A stretch of 64,000 nt of DNA from positions 295,987-359,986 of the forward strand of contig CAVPNL010000008.1 in assembly GCA_963706575.1 (NCBI GenBank), in the 5' to 3' direction. The notes under the pieces were generated by a model, which saw nothing but the letters and a program-made list of their open reading frames with translations, searched no databases and was not told where the DNA came from. The first letter of the stretch is position 1; every line of letters starts with the position of its first letter. The stretch is from an uncultured delta proteobacterium (lineage in GTDB: Bacteria > Desulfobacterota > Desulfobacteria > Desulfobacterales > JAHEIW01). Shown here one piece after another: positions 40,174 through 50,388 of this stretch. A program made the translations under genes and the position numbers.

Positions 40174-41028
40174 CTATCTCTTTAATATCCCTATCACATT
40201 TGGCAGAGGCCAAGCGATCGAGCCTTCATTGGCTTCATTTGAGTTTGTTTCATAACTTCCGGTAAACTCCAATTCCTCATTGCCTGAGTTAATGTATAAT
40301 TGGGCCTGGGGGCCGCCTTCGGTATACATGGCCCGTGAGATATTGAGCGGAAGTTTTTTAAGGATATTAATCAGATCGTGCGTACTGTACAAGGCACGTA
40401 CATGAATAAATAAAACCTTATTCTGTTCGTCAACCCCAATGGCCGATGTACTCCAGCGACGCGCTTGCGGCTTCCAGACATTTTTTCCTGTGCACGATAT
40501 CATGCGTATGCTCTGTACAAGGGTCCCGTACTTTTGCTTCCAGGATTGGAAATCTTCGCACTGGCGGTCAATAATTTTGATCCGCGGAACACCGGCGTCC
40601 TGACGATCAAATGCCAGGATGGTCATATCTTTTGACAACCGGGGATTATTGGTGTGGGCCTTTGTACGCATCAGCGCCACACTGGTTTTGTAGTCGATCT
40701 GGTACATGCTGGGATTGATGGCGGCCGCCAGCCCGTTTCGTTGGCACCATTGTTTGGGTGTCAGCGGCACGCCGTTTTCAACCCGCGACGCATTGAGCAG
40801 TCTCAGTTGAAAATTTTTGGGATCGATTCGCAGCACCCTCACCAGTGAATCCCCGCCTGCAGCCGCTTGAGAGGCCAGAAATATCCCCAGTTCAAGACCT
40901 TTGTCAAGCTGTTGCCAGCCGGCTTTCTGACTGGTTTCTGGCACCAGGCGCTTTTGCTCGGCTTCACCCGTGGTTACTGAGATAAATACAGCGAGCAGCA
41001 TCGATAAGGATTTTAAAGCGAGTTTCAT
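40174..41028 (-). CDS. Phosphodiester glycosidase (NAGPA-like) family secreted protein
   Basis: Signal peptide; AAINPSMY, SAIGVD, EGGPQAQL, PLPNVIG. Confidence 0.7.
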   Translation of the reverse strand: MKLALKSLSMLLAVFISVTTGEAEQKRLVPETSQKAGWQQLDKGLELGIFLASQAAAGGDSLVRVLRIDPKNFQLRLLNASRVENGVPLTPKQWCQRNGLAAAINPSMYQIDYKTSVALMRTKAHTNNPRLSKDMTILAFDRQDAGVPRIKIIDRQCEDFQSWKQKYGTLVQSIRMISCTGKNVWKPQARRWSTSAIGVDEQNKVLFIHVRALYSTHDLINILKKLPLNISRAMYTEGGPQAQLYINSGNEELEFTGSYETNSNEANEGSIAWPLPNVIGILKR

Positions 41029-41128
41029 ATTGAATTCTAAGCTGATCATAGAAATAATGGGGGAACAGCAAGATCCATAAACCCGGCCTGCCATCCCCCA
41101 TCTTCTTCTGAAAAGAAAATATCAACGC

Positions 41129-41584
41129 TTATGCTGCAGATAATTCGGAGGTGCAAAATCCGCAGCGGGTTGCCTTAATCGGAATTTCCGAGAAGCAATG
41201 GGGACATTCTTTGGTCGTCGGCTCTTCCGGCGGTGCTTCCTCTTTTCTTTTCATGGAGTTTAAGCCTTTGATAACCAGAAAAACAGCAAAGGCGACGATT
41301 AAGAAGCTAATTATGGTATTGATAAACATACCGTAATTGATGGTGACCGCTCCGGCCTTCTGAGCTTCCGCCACGGTGGCAAAGGTTCCGGCAACCGACC
41401 CCTGTTTGATAACTGCGAACAGGTTGGAAAAATCAACATTGCCCAGCAATAAACCAATTGGTGGCATAATGACATCTGCAACCAGTGATTTCACGATTGT
41501 ACCGAAAGCGGCCCCGATGATAATACCCACAGCCATGTCGACAACATTGCCCCGCATAGCGAATTCTTTAAATTCTTTAAACAT
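41129..41584 (-). CDS. mscL: Large-conductance mechanosensitive channel with C-terminal zinc ribbon
   Basis: [28 protein letters not shown]; tail CPHC...CGFC. Confidence 0.95.
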   Translation of the reverse strand: MFKEFKEFAMRGNVVDMAVGIIIGAAFGTIVKSLVADVIMPPIGLLLGNVDFSNLFAVIKQGSVAGTFATVAEAQKAGAVTINYGMFINTIISFLIVAFAVFLVIKGLNSMKRKEEAPPEEPTTKECPHCFSEIPIKATRCGFCTSELSAA

Positions 41585-41785
41585 CTTTCCCCTCCTTTCT
41601 GTTTATCCCGACGATAGTTTACGGTTGTCCAAAAAATGAAGTAAAATTAAGCTGACTCTTGAGAAGAAAACTCAAAAGCATATTCTCTTTTTAAAAATAT
41701 TTTAGAGATAATATATAAGATAATAATGTTGAAATCTATTTGGTCAACACTAAAAGATAAGGAAGTATATTGACTTTGAGGCATC

Positions 41786-42166
41786 TCAGCAGCCGCAGCC
41801 ACAATCGCAGTCATGATGATGTGATGCCATCTCTGACAGGGCTTTGATCACTTCGGTATTTTCGGGTTTCTTAATCCTTAAAATTTTTATTTTCAGATGG
41901 AGAGCGCCATGTTTTTCAAAAAGATTCATAATTGGTGGGCGCAGGTGTTCAAATAAAGGGTATAATTCTTCCTTTTTTACCTGAATTACAATTTCTTCGC
42001 CGGCGGCTTTGTTGACCAATTGATATTCAAAGGGGCACATACCGCCGGAGCCGATTCCAAAAATGAATTCAAATTCTAAGGCGGCCGGGGTAAGATCCAT
42101 ACGGTCGGCGGTGGTACCGGCTTCCAGCCGGAGGTTTACTTTAGTTAGAGTTTCTACGTTATTCAT
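41786..42166 (-). CDS. Hypothetical protein with His/Cys-rich C-terminus (SlyD-like flavour)
   Basis: FEFIFGIG.GGMCPFE; tail HHHDCDCGCGC. Confidence 0.65.
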   Translation of the reverse strand: MNNVETLTKVNLRLEAGTTADRMDLTPAALEFEFIFGIGSGGMCPFEYQLVNKAAGEEIVIQVKKEELYPLFEHLRPPIMNLFEKHGALHLKIKILRIKKPENTEVIKALSEMASHHHDCDCGCGC

Positions 42167-42415
42167 TTTTTTTGGCCTCAAGTTGAATAGTGGAGTAATG
42201 CCGATGTCTTAACAAACAGATGACGGAGGACAGAAAACAGAAGTCAGATAGGGTGCGCCATCTCGGTCTTTACCATCGGTCTTCTGTCTTCGGTCGTCTG
42301 ACTTCTGTCCTCTGATCTCTGACACCTGAACACTGACACCTGACCCACGTAATGTAATACCTGTGTGATGAAACTTATCCTAAACTAAATGCCTCTGCGA
42401 GCTTTGTTAAAAGCT

Positions 42416-43384
42416 TCACTCCAGGTGTTTGGGCGGCCTGCCGATTTTGTCCCCCAGCGCTCTTTCGCGGTTTTTAACAATTTGCCTGCAGATTTCTGTA
42501 ATGGCATTTTTAATCCACATAGACGTCTGAGAGTCTTCCGTATAATTTGCTTCACCGAATGATTGCACGCGTTTTTGTTTTTGCAGATTATTCACCTGGG
42601 AAAATTCTTTGCTGGAGCCGGGCTGATAAACAGCAAACGTTCTGCCGCCATATTGGTTAATTAATGAGAAAACCGGTATGTCGCTGGGACCGTCGGCAAT
42701 ATAAATCATGTTTTGAAATGGTACCCGGCGATCCTCGTCCGGTATCATCGCATTTACCGCAATATCCGGGATTTTGTTGCTGCCCTTGTTTATTTCAAAG
42801 ACTGCCCGAGTCTTGGTGGTGTTGTCAAGAGCGTAGGCAATCTGAGAGATTATTTTTGGATCATCTGAAGCGGCTTTTTTGCCGGTATCCAGATAACCGG
42901 GAAGGGGTGCATCTTCGATGAATTCACAGCCCCAGACACCGTCTACATACGGTGCAATCTTGCTGCCCAGAACCATTTGCCGCAAACCCGTTGAGACAAT
43001 GTAATGTTCCAGTTGGATTTCATGCTGTGCATATTCCGGGTTGGTGGCCACAAAATGTTTTATTTTATCAAAAAAATCAGGTAGTCCTTCATAGAGCTCA
43101 ATTTCGCCACCCAGCTTCCTCAATCTGGCATTATTCAGCCCCTTAAACGTGCCCTGCCGGGCATAGGTTAATATGTGATTCAGGTACAGCGTATCGGTTG
43201 AAATGAGATCAAGGCCGTCTTTTTTGTAATGGTTGGGCAGTTCTTCAACTTCTTTCCAGAATTTTTTGGGGTCGATCCGGTACATTTCGAAAATCGGCGC
43301 CTGCATGTAGCCGGGGCTCAAGGTTTTGTCAAAGTCCCAGATGCAGGCGATGATATTCTGGAGAAAAAGCGGTTGGGTCATCAC
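42416..43384 (-). CDS. HAD-like hydrolase
   Basis: WDFDKTLSP, IVSTG, KTRAVFEINKG, YIADGPSDIP. Confidence 0.88.
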   Translation of the reverse strand: MMTQPLFLQNIIACIWDFDKTLSPGYMQAPIFEMYRIDPKKFWKEVEELPNHYKKDGLDLISTDTLYLNHILTYARQGTFKGLNNARLRKLGGEIELYEGLPDFFDKIKHFVATNPEYAQHEIQLEHYIVSTGLRQMVLGSKIAPYVDGVWGCEFIEDAPLPGYLDTGKKAASDDPKIISQIAYALDNTTKTRAVFEINKGSNKIPDIAVNAMIPDEDRRVPFQNMIYIADGPSDIPVFSLINQYGGRTFAVYQPGSSKEFSQVNNLQKQKRVQSFGEANYTEDSQTSMWIKNAITEICRQIVKNRERALGDKIGRPPKHLE

Positions 43385-43720
43385 GGATTCCTTGAAAACA
43401 GAATTTATCGATTATTTACTTAATATAAATTATACCTTGGATCAAATAATAATTTACCATAAGGCAATAATAGGCCATATGCTTGAGGCTGGGAAGCTGG
43501 GAGGCCAGAAGGCCTGGGTCCCGCAAAGCGCAGAGCTTTCAAGCATCCCAGCCTCCCAGCTTTCAAGCTTCTGACTATGAGCCATGAGCTACCAGCTATG
43601 AGCTATTTGCCTGACACACGAAACCTTTGGGGTGGTGAGTGAAAGATGATTGCAGGTCATTAATTCTTTAGTATATAATAAGTATAAATTCAATTCCAAC
43701 CAACTTAGAAAGGGTACGTT

Positions 43721-45031
43721 ATGATCGAGAAAGTCATCATCATGGGAGCCGCCGGCCGGGATTTCCATAATTTCAATGTCTATTTCAAAGATAACAAGCG
43801 TTACAATGTTATCGCGTTTACCGCCGCTCAAATTCCGGATATAGCCGGTCGTCTATATCCGCCCGAGCTTGCCGGCAAGCTTTACCCCGATGGTATTCCG
43901 ATTCATCCCGAAGACGAACTCGCCGATCTGATCCGAAAACATCAGGTGGATCTTGTGGCTTTTTCATACAGCGATGTCCCCCATGTGGAAGTCATGCACA
44001 AAGCATCGCTGGCGATGGCTGAGGGCGCAGATTTTATTCTTATCGGTGCGCCTTACACCATGCTCAAATCGAACAAACAAATCGTGGCGGTTTGTGCGGT
44101 CCGCACGGGTTGCGGTAAATCCCAAACGACTCGCAAAGTATGTGAAATTATTAAAGGATCCGGCAAAAAAGTCGTCGTTGTGCGTCACCCGATGCCATAT
44201 GGTGATCTGAGAAACCAGGTCGTTCAGCGCTATTCGGCTTACGAAGATTTTGAAAAACATCAATGCACCATTGAAGAAAGGGAAGAATATGAGCCGCTGG
44301 TTGAGCAGGGAATTGTCGTATACGCCGGTATCGACTACGGCAAGATTTTAGCAGAAGCTGAAAAGGAAGCCGATGTCATTATCTGGGATGGCGGCAACAA
44401 CGATACCCCCTTTTATAAGCCGGATTTGCACATTGTGCTGTTTGATCCGCACCGGGCCGGTCACGAGTTGCTGTATTTTCCAGGAGAAACCAACATGATT
44501 ATGGCGGATATCGCCGTCATCAACAAAGTGGATTCGGCACCGGCTCAAAAAGTCTGGCAGGTCAGGAAAAATATTGAAAAACATGCACCCAAAGCAAAGA
44601 TCGTTCTGGCGGAATCGTCCCTTGTTGTCAAATCGCCGGAAATGATTCAAGGCAAACGGGTCCTGGTGATTGAAGACGGCCCGACCCTGACACATGGCGA
44701 AATGCCCTTCGGCGCCGGTATCGTTGCCGCCGAAACGTTTAAGGCCGCTGAGATTGTCAACCCGCGTCCATTTGCGCAGGGCTCTTTAAAAGAAACCTAC
44801 ACCCTTTACCCCCACATTGGTAATGTCATACCAGCCATGGGCTACACACCGGATCAAATCAGCGACCTGGAAGCGACCATCGATAAAACCGATTGTGACC
44901 TGGTCGTGTTTGCCACACCGATTCATCTGCCGCTGGTGTTGAATATTCAAAAGCCGACCCTGCGTGTACGCTATGAATATCAGGACCACGGCAGCCCGAC
45001 ACTCGAGGAGCTTATCTCGGCACGTCTCTGA
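43721..45031 (+). CDS. arcE: cDPGS-like P-loop protein (COG2403 type); probable arginine synthetase
   Basis: GAAGRDFHNFN, AVRTGCGKSQT, RHPMPYG, TIEEREEYE, WDGGNND, EDGPTLTHG; adjacent to carbamate kinase. Confidence 0.75.
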   Translation: MIEKVIIMGAAGRDFHNFNVYFKDNKRYNVIAFTAAQIPDIAGRLYPPELAGKLYPDGIPIHPEDELADLIRKHQVDLVAFSYSDVPHVEVMHKASLAMAEGADFILIGAPYTMLKSNKQIVAVCAVRTGCGKSQTTRKVCEIIKGSGKKVVVVRHPMPYGDLRNQVVQRYSAYEDFEKHQCTIEEREEYEPLVEQGIVVYAGIDYGKILAEAEKEADVIIWDGGNNDTPFYKPDLHIVLFDPHRAGHELLYFPGETNMIMADIAVINKVDSAPAQKVWQVRKNIEKHAPKAKIVLAESSLVVKSPEMIQGKRVLVIEDGPTLTHGEMPFGAGIVAAETFKAAEIVNPRPFAQGSLKETYTLYPHIGNVIPAMGYTPDQISDLEATIDKTDCDLVVFATPIHLPLVLNIQKPTLRVRYEYQDHGSPTLEELISARL

Positions 45032-45136
45032 GATCATGGGCAGAAAACAGAAGACGGAAGACAGAGGACAGAGGACAGAATGCTTAACCTTTGAACCTCT
45101 GAACCCAGAACCTTTGAACCGTGAACAATAGAGAGA

Positions 45137-46072
45137 ATGATGCAAGAGACCCAAAAACCGACTCTGCTGGTGGCCCTTGGCGGTAATGCGCTCATACGCA
45201 AAGGAGAAGAAGGAACCGTGGCCCAGCAGTTTAAGAACCTGGCCGTACCCATTCGACAAGTTGCCAGGCTTTCCCAGGACTATCGCATCATCATTACCCA
45301 CGGTAACGGCCCGCAGGTCGGCAATCTACTGTTGCAGCAGGAAAGTTGTGGGGATGTGCCGAAGTTACCCCTCGAGATTCTGGTAGCCCAAACCCAGGGG
45401 CAAATCGGCTACATGATCGAATCCACATTGGACAGTGAGCTTATGGACCTGGGCATTCACGTCAAACCGCTGATTAGTTTGATCACTTATGTGGTGGTAG
45501 ACGAAAATGACCCGGCCTTTTCAAGCCCGTCTAAACCGATCGGGCCGGCTTACAAACGCAAAAAAGACGCCCCTTCGGGTTATCCGGTGATCAAAACCGC
45601 TAAAGGCTTCAGGCGCGTGGTCGTGTCCCCGAAACCGGTGACAATCATTGAAAAACGCGAAATTAAAAAACTGATCAACGCCGATTTTATTGTGATCTGT
45701 TGCGGTGGCGGCGGCATACCGGTGGTCAGAGAGGGCAGGGCCTTTCAGGGTGTCGATGCTGTGATCGATAAAGATCTGGCCAGCGCCAGATTGGCCGAGG
45801 AGGTGGGCGTCGATATTTTCTTGATTGCGACCGACGTGCCCGGTGCGGCACTGAATTACGGCACACCCGATCAAAAATTTTTAAGGAAGATCGATATTAG
45901 AGCGGCACAGAGTTTTATTAAAAAAGGCCATTTCCCCGCCGGATCCATGGCGCCAAAACTAAAAGCTGCCATTCAGTTTATTCGCAGCGAAGGCAAGCGT
46001 GCCATCATCACTTCGATCGATGAGATCGTTTCGGCCGTAAAAGGGGAGGCCGGAACGGAAATAACAAACTAG
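45137..46072 (+). CDS. arcC: Carbamate kinase
   Basis: ALGGNAL, THGNGPQVG, GGGGIPV, AVIDKDLAS, GSMAPK. Confidence 0.95.
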   Translation: MMQETQKPTLLVALGGNALIRKGEEGTVAQQFKNLAVPIRQVARLSQDYRIIITHGNGPQVGNLLLQQESCGDVPKLPLEILVAQTQGQIGYMIESTLDSELMDLGIHVKPLISLITYVVVDENDPAFSSPSKPIGPAYKRKKDAPSGYPVIKTAKGFRRVVVSPKPVTIIEKREIKKLINADFIVICCGGGGIPVVREGRAFQGVDAVIDKDLASARLAEEVGVDIFLIATDVPGAALNYGTPDQKFLRKIDIRAAQSFIKKGHFPAGSMAPKLKAAIQFIRSEGKRAIITSIDEIVSAVKGEAGTEITN

Positions 46073-46099
46073 GGAACCGAATCAGGCCATCAATTTCAA

Positions 46100-47044
46100 A
46101 TGGCGCTTAAAAAAAAATACAAAATTATGCGGATTGTCGCGCTATGTGGCAGTATGATTACTGCCTTTCAAGCAGTAATCAACTTGATCACGGGTTCAAG
46201 CATCTGCCCGAACGCAGGGTGTAAAGTTGTTGAAAGCTTAACCTCAATATCGCCGTTATATCTAAACATTTTAGGGTTTATTTTTTTTCAAGTTGTCTTC
46301 TGGTTACTGGGTAATCTGAAATCAAAATCCGATAATGATAGTTATTTAGTCGGCCTGGTTCTCTTGTGCGGCCTGGCGTTTGATTCGGCACTTTTGGGTT
46401 ATCAACTATTTGTTGCCCATGCTCTATGCAGTTATTGCCTGCTCATTTTTCTTTTTGTGATTATCCTGAACATTCTTTATGGTGCCAGGCAGATGGCAGT
46501 TGGCGTTGCCATTTCATCAGTGATCGTCATTTCATTCTCTATAATGGCCCCCCGTCCAACGGGTGCAGGTTCACAAAAGTATTCCCTAAAGAAGGCATCC
46601 TACGGATTAAAATCATGCGCATCCCCAACGAAAGAAATTTATCTCATTTTTTCATCTGATTGCCCCCACTGCCAGCAAGTCATTGAAACTTTAAATAATT
46701 GCAATAGCTGTGATCTATATTTAAACCCAATTCACAAAATAAGTTCATTAAACATTGACGGGCTCGAACTCAATAAAAGCTTTTCACCCGAGGTTAACCG
46801 GCTCATTCTTGAAATTTTTGGAATCGATAGCGTTCCGGTTCTGGTGGTTAAGGATGAAGAAAGCTACAGATTTGTTAGAGGTGAGAGCCGGATATTGAAC
46901 TTTATACGCCTGGCGTGCTTCACTCATGACGAAGTTTTGTACTTTGATAAATCGCCAGCAGCAGCCGATAAAGAAATTACCGTGCTGACCGAGGAGGACG
47001 AAGAATGTTCTGTTGAGATAGATTGCGAATCAAAAGAAAACTAG
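46100..47044 (+). CDS. VKOR-like membrane domain fused to a thioredoxin-like domain
   Basis: C....C loop (CPNAGC), four TM helices with CSYC, then CPHC and a cis-Pro-like SVP. Confidence 0.75.
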   Translation: MALKKKYKIMRIVALCGSMITAFQAVINLITGSSICPNAGCKVVESLTSISPLYLNILGFIFFQVVFWLLGNLKSKSDNDSYLVGLVLLCGLAFDSALLGYQLFVAHALCSYCLLIFLFVIILNILYGARQMAVGVAISSVIVISFSIMAPRPTGAGSQKYSLKKASYGLKSCASPTKEIYLIFSSDCPHCQQVIETLNNCNSCDLYLNPIHKISSLNIDGLELNKSFSPEVNRLILEIFGIDSVPVLVVKDEESYRFVRGESRILNFIRLACFTHDEVLYFDKSPAAADKEITVLTEEDEECSVEIDCESKEN

Positions 47045-47206
47045 CCGCATTTTGACTCTGCGCAATATGGGATTGATTTTTGGACCTGGCTATATTAAAA
47101 TTTTTTTAGAAATACCGGCTGAATTCGGTCAGGCTTTGATCTGCGTCTGATCGGAGGCCCGGGGTCAATAAAGCGTTTTACTTTAGGGTGATGTAAGGAG
47201 TTCTGG

Positions 47207-47713
47207 ATGACCCACTGTATTTTGCTAAATGCAGATTACACGTATTTAAATGTCGTTCACTGGAAGCGGGCAATCTGTCTGCAGGCCAAAGGCAAGGTTG
47301 AAGTGTTAAAAGATTCCGCAAAAACCGTGAAAAGTTCCAGCGGTGCAATATTTAAGGTTCCGGCAGTGATGCGTTTAATTAAGCTAATTCGCACCATTTA
47401 CCGAACCGGTGTGGCCTTTTGCAAAAAAAATGTCTTTATCAGAGATGGATTTAAATGCGCTTATTGCGGGGTCGAAAAATTGCGGCTCACAATCGATCAC
47501 ATTATTCCAAAGTCCCGGGGAGGCAAATCCAGTTTTGAGAATTGTGTTGCGGCCTGCAAGCCTTGCAATATCAAAAAAGGCCATCAGACACCCCGGGAAG
47601 CTAAAATGTACCTCAATGTGAGGCCCGTCCAGCCAACCATTTCCGAATTTTTAAGAATAAAACTCCAAAAACTCGGTATCAATGATCTTTTACGGGATCT
47701 GGGTGTTTATTAG
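47207..47713 (+). CDS. HNH endonuclease
   Basis: LLNADY, RDGFKCAYCG, TIDHIIPKSRGG, NCVAACKPCN.KKG. Confidence 0.9.
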   Translation: MTHCILLNADYTYLNVVHWKRAICLQAKGKVEVLKDSAKTVKSSSGAIFKVPAVMRLIKLIRTIYRTGVAFCKKNVFIRDGFKCAYCGVEKLRLTIDHIIPKSRGGKSSFENCVAACKPCNIKKGHQTPREAKMYLNVRPVQPTISEFLRIKLQKLGINDLLRDLGVY

Positions 47714-47819
47714 GAGCAGTTTTTACGAAATCGACCTGTTTCCATATGCACGGCCCTGATTTAATGAATCGGTTTAATCAAGAGGCATGACGGGTAAAAA
47801 TATTTAAGAAGAGGTGAAT

Positions 47820-49199
47820 ATGAAACTAATTGTTGCGGGAACCGGATATGTGGGCCTTGTGCAGGCGGCCGTATGTTCGGAATACGGGCATGAAGTTTAT
47901 GCCTATGATGTTGATAAAGACAAAATCGACGCATTTTCTACCGGCCAGGCCGATGAAATCGAAAAATTTGTCATGGAACCCGGACTTTCGAATATTATAC
48001 GTGAAACCCACGGCAAATCCCTTTTTTTCTCGAACGATTTGAAGGCCATTATCGAAGGCACAGATGCCATTTTTCTATGTCTGCCGACGCCGGCCAATTT
48101 GGACGGCTCGACGGATCTGACTTATTTTGATGCTGCCGCTGGAGAAATTGCTGAAATTCTTGCCCGGCGAAAAGACAAACGCCGCATTGTCCTGGTCAGC
48201 AAAAGCACGGTGCCGATTCAAACCGCCCGGCGCCTGGAAGGCATTATGAATGAGCACGCGGTGGAAAATTTCGGTGTGGCCTCGAATCCTGAATTTTTGG
48301 CAGAAGGGACGGCTGTGAACCAGGCCCGCAGGCCGGATCGGGTGGTGGTGGGCTGCGACCATGAAGAAGATTTTAAAATACTTCGCCGGGTCTACTCTCA
48401 ATTTGTGCATCACGTTCGCATTAAATACATTGAAACCACCCCCGAAACCGCCGAAGCCATCAAATACGTGGCCAATACGATGCTGTTGACCTATATTTCT
48501 TTCTGGAACGGTGTCGGTGCCAAGATTGGCGAAAAAATATCAAATGTGAATATTGACGATCTGCGGCTGGGCGTTACTGCTGACGACCGAATCAGCACCT
48601 GGGGCTCTTTCGTGAGCAATGGAGCCGGGGGAAGCTGCTTCGGCAAAGACATTGCCTCTTTAATTTATCAGCTGCGGCGAATGAATGTCAGCACCAAAAT
48701 GCTGGAGGCTTCTTTTGAGGTCAACGAGTATCAAAAAGTATATCTGGTTGACCGGGCCATCAATGAGGCCGATTTTAAATTTAACAATAGAACGGTAGCG
48801 GTTTTAGGTCTGGCATTTAAAAAGCACACCAACGATATGCGCGACGCGTCGTCTATTAAAGTCGTTGAGGCTCTGCTAAGCAAGGGCGTGTCACAGATCA
48901 ACGCCTATGACCCGCTGGCAAATGAGACCGCCCGGCAGGAGTTCGATCCTGCCAAAAACATCCTGTTTGAAAAGATTAAATATTTTGATTCTGCCAGGGT
49001 AGCCATCGAGGGCACACAGGCTCTTTTTATCTCCTCCGATTGCGAAGAGTTCCGCGGGTTTTCAAGAACCATTGAGGATACGGTTAAACCACCGTATCTG
49101 ATTATGGATGGGCGCCGCATGATTCCGGATTACAATGAACTCGTAACCAAGAATTATACTTATCTTGCGGTCGGTTCTGTGGCCATGCAGCCGCAATAA
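47820..49199 (+). CDS. ugd: UDP-glucose/GDP-mannose dehydrogenase family
   Basis: GTGYVG, KSTVP, SNPEFL.EG, GGSCFGKD, GLAFK, DGR. Confidence 0.88.
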   Translation: MKLIVAGTGYVGLVQAAVCSEYGHEVYAYDVDKDKIDAFSTGQADEIEKFVMEPGLSNIIRETHGKSLFFSNDLKAIIEGTDAIFLCLPTPANLDGSTDLTYFDAAAGEIAEILARRKDKRRIVLVSKSTVPIQTARRLEGIMNEHAVENFGVASNPEFLAEGTAVNQARRPDRVVVGCDHEEDFKILRRVYSQFVHHVRIKYIETTPETAEAIKYVANTMLLTYISFWNGVGAKIGEKISNVNIDDLRLGVTADDRISTWGSFVSNGAGGSCFGKDIASLIYQLRRMNVSTKMLEASFEVNEYQKVYLVDRAINEADFKFNNRTVAVLGLAFKKHTNDMRDASSIKVVEALLSKGVSQINAYDPLANETARQEFDPAKNILFEKIKYFDSARVAIEGTQALFISSDCEEFRGFSRTIEDTVKPPYLIMDGRRMIPDYNELVTKNYTYLAVGSVAMQPQ

Positions 49200-49285
49200 G
49201 GAGATATTGAAACGATTATGACGCGTGATGACGCAAAAACAACGCCCATTGATGTGGATTGTTGTAAAACAGACAGGGATGAAAC

Positions 49286-50170
49286 ATGATGAAAGGAATT
49301 ATTTTAGCAGGGGGTTCCGGTTCAAGATTGTTTCCGATTACCCGGGGTGTCAGTAAACAGCTTTTACCGGTTTACGATAAACCCATGATTTATTATCCGC
49401 TCTCAGTGTTGATGCTGGCCGGTATCAGAGAGATCCTTGTCATATCCACCCCGGAAGATTTGCCCAGTTTTAAAAGAATTTTAGAAGGCGGTACCCAGCT
49501 TGGCCTGAGCTTTTCCTTTAAAGAGCAGCCCCGTCCGGAAGGTCTGGCCCAGGCGTTTATCATCGGAGAAAAATTTATCGGCAGCGACACCGTGGGCCTT
49601 ATTCTTGGTGACAATATTTTTTACGGGCCCAATTTATCGCGGATATTGCAAAATGCGGTCAAGCTTGAGGAGGGCGGTATAATTTTCGGTTATCTGGTAA
49701 AAGATCCCGAGCGCTATGGTGTTGTTGAATTTGAGTCCAGTGGCAATGTTATCGGTATAGAGGAAAAGCCGAAAAAGCCAAAATCGAATTATGCGGTGCC
49801 CGGCCTATACTTTTATGACAACAAGGTCATTGAAATTGCCAAAAGCCTCAAGCCCTCTGAGCGCGGTGAGCTCGAAATAACCGATGTCAATCTAGCGTAT
49901 TTGCGTCAGAACAAACTCAAGGTCGAGCTTTTGGGGCGTGGATATGCCTGGCTGGATACCGGGACCCACGAAGCCCTGCAACAGGCGGCGAGTTACGTTC
50001 AGGCCATTCAGGAACGGCAAGGGCTTAAAATTGCCTGTGTCGAGGAGCTCGCCTATCGCCTGGGCTATATCACCGCAGATCAGCTGGCAAACCTTGCCGA
50101 GGGCATGATGCAAAATGACTACGGGCAATACTTGCTGGAAATTGCAAATGATGTTGAGAACCCCAAATAG
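49286..50170 (+). CDS. rfbA: Glucose-1-phosphate thymidylyltransferase
   Basis: [44 protein letters not shown]. Confidence 0.96.
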   Translation: MMKGIILAGGSGSRLFPITRGVSKQLLPVYDKPMIYYPLSVLMLAGIREILVISTPEDLPSFKRILEGGTQLGLSFSFKEQPRPEGLAQAFIIGEKFIGSDTVGLILGDNIFYGPNLSRILQNAVKLEEGGIIFGYLVKDPERYGVVEFESSGNVIGIEEKPKKPKSNYAVPGLYFYDNKVIEIAKSLKPSERGELEITDVNLAYLRQNKLKVELLGRGYAWLDTGTHEALQQAASYVQAIQERQGLKIACVEELAYRLGYITADQLANLAEGMMQNDYGQYLLEIANDVENPK

Positions 50171-50388
50171 CCGGGTAAGCATTCATCTTCTAAAACCTGC
50201 TAAAATCACACTTCCTTTAACCATGGTATTTTCTTGACACGATCCGGCATTCCGAGTAAAAATTTTTGTTTATACCTAAATTGAGCGATTGTCGAGGTTG
50301 CCACATATACAAGGAAGATGTCGTTCCGCTAGAGTGGACTATAACGATCGATTTAGGTTATACTTAAAATCCAACCTTGGAGGAATGA

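Noticed and set aside
41750..41790. Selenocysteine readthrough after CGCGC-TGA
   Set aside because: No SECIS-like hairpin downstream and only a short extension
47207..47713. HNH gene as a defence system or mobile element
   Set aside because: Stand-alone common HNH family; no methylase, repeats or ncRNA signal adjacent
50180..50388. T-box leader upstream of ileS
   Set aside because: No AGGGTGGNACCGCG T-box motif or terminator visible
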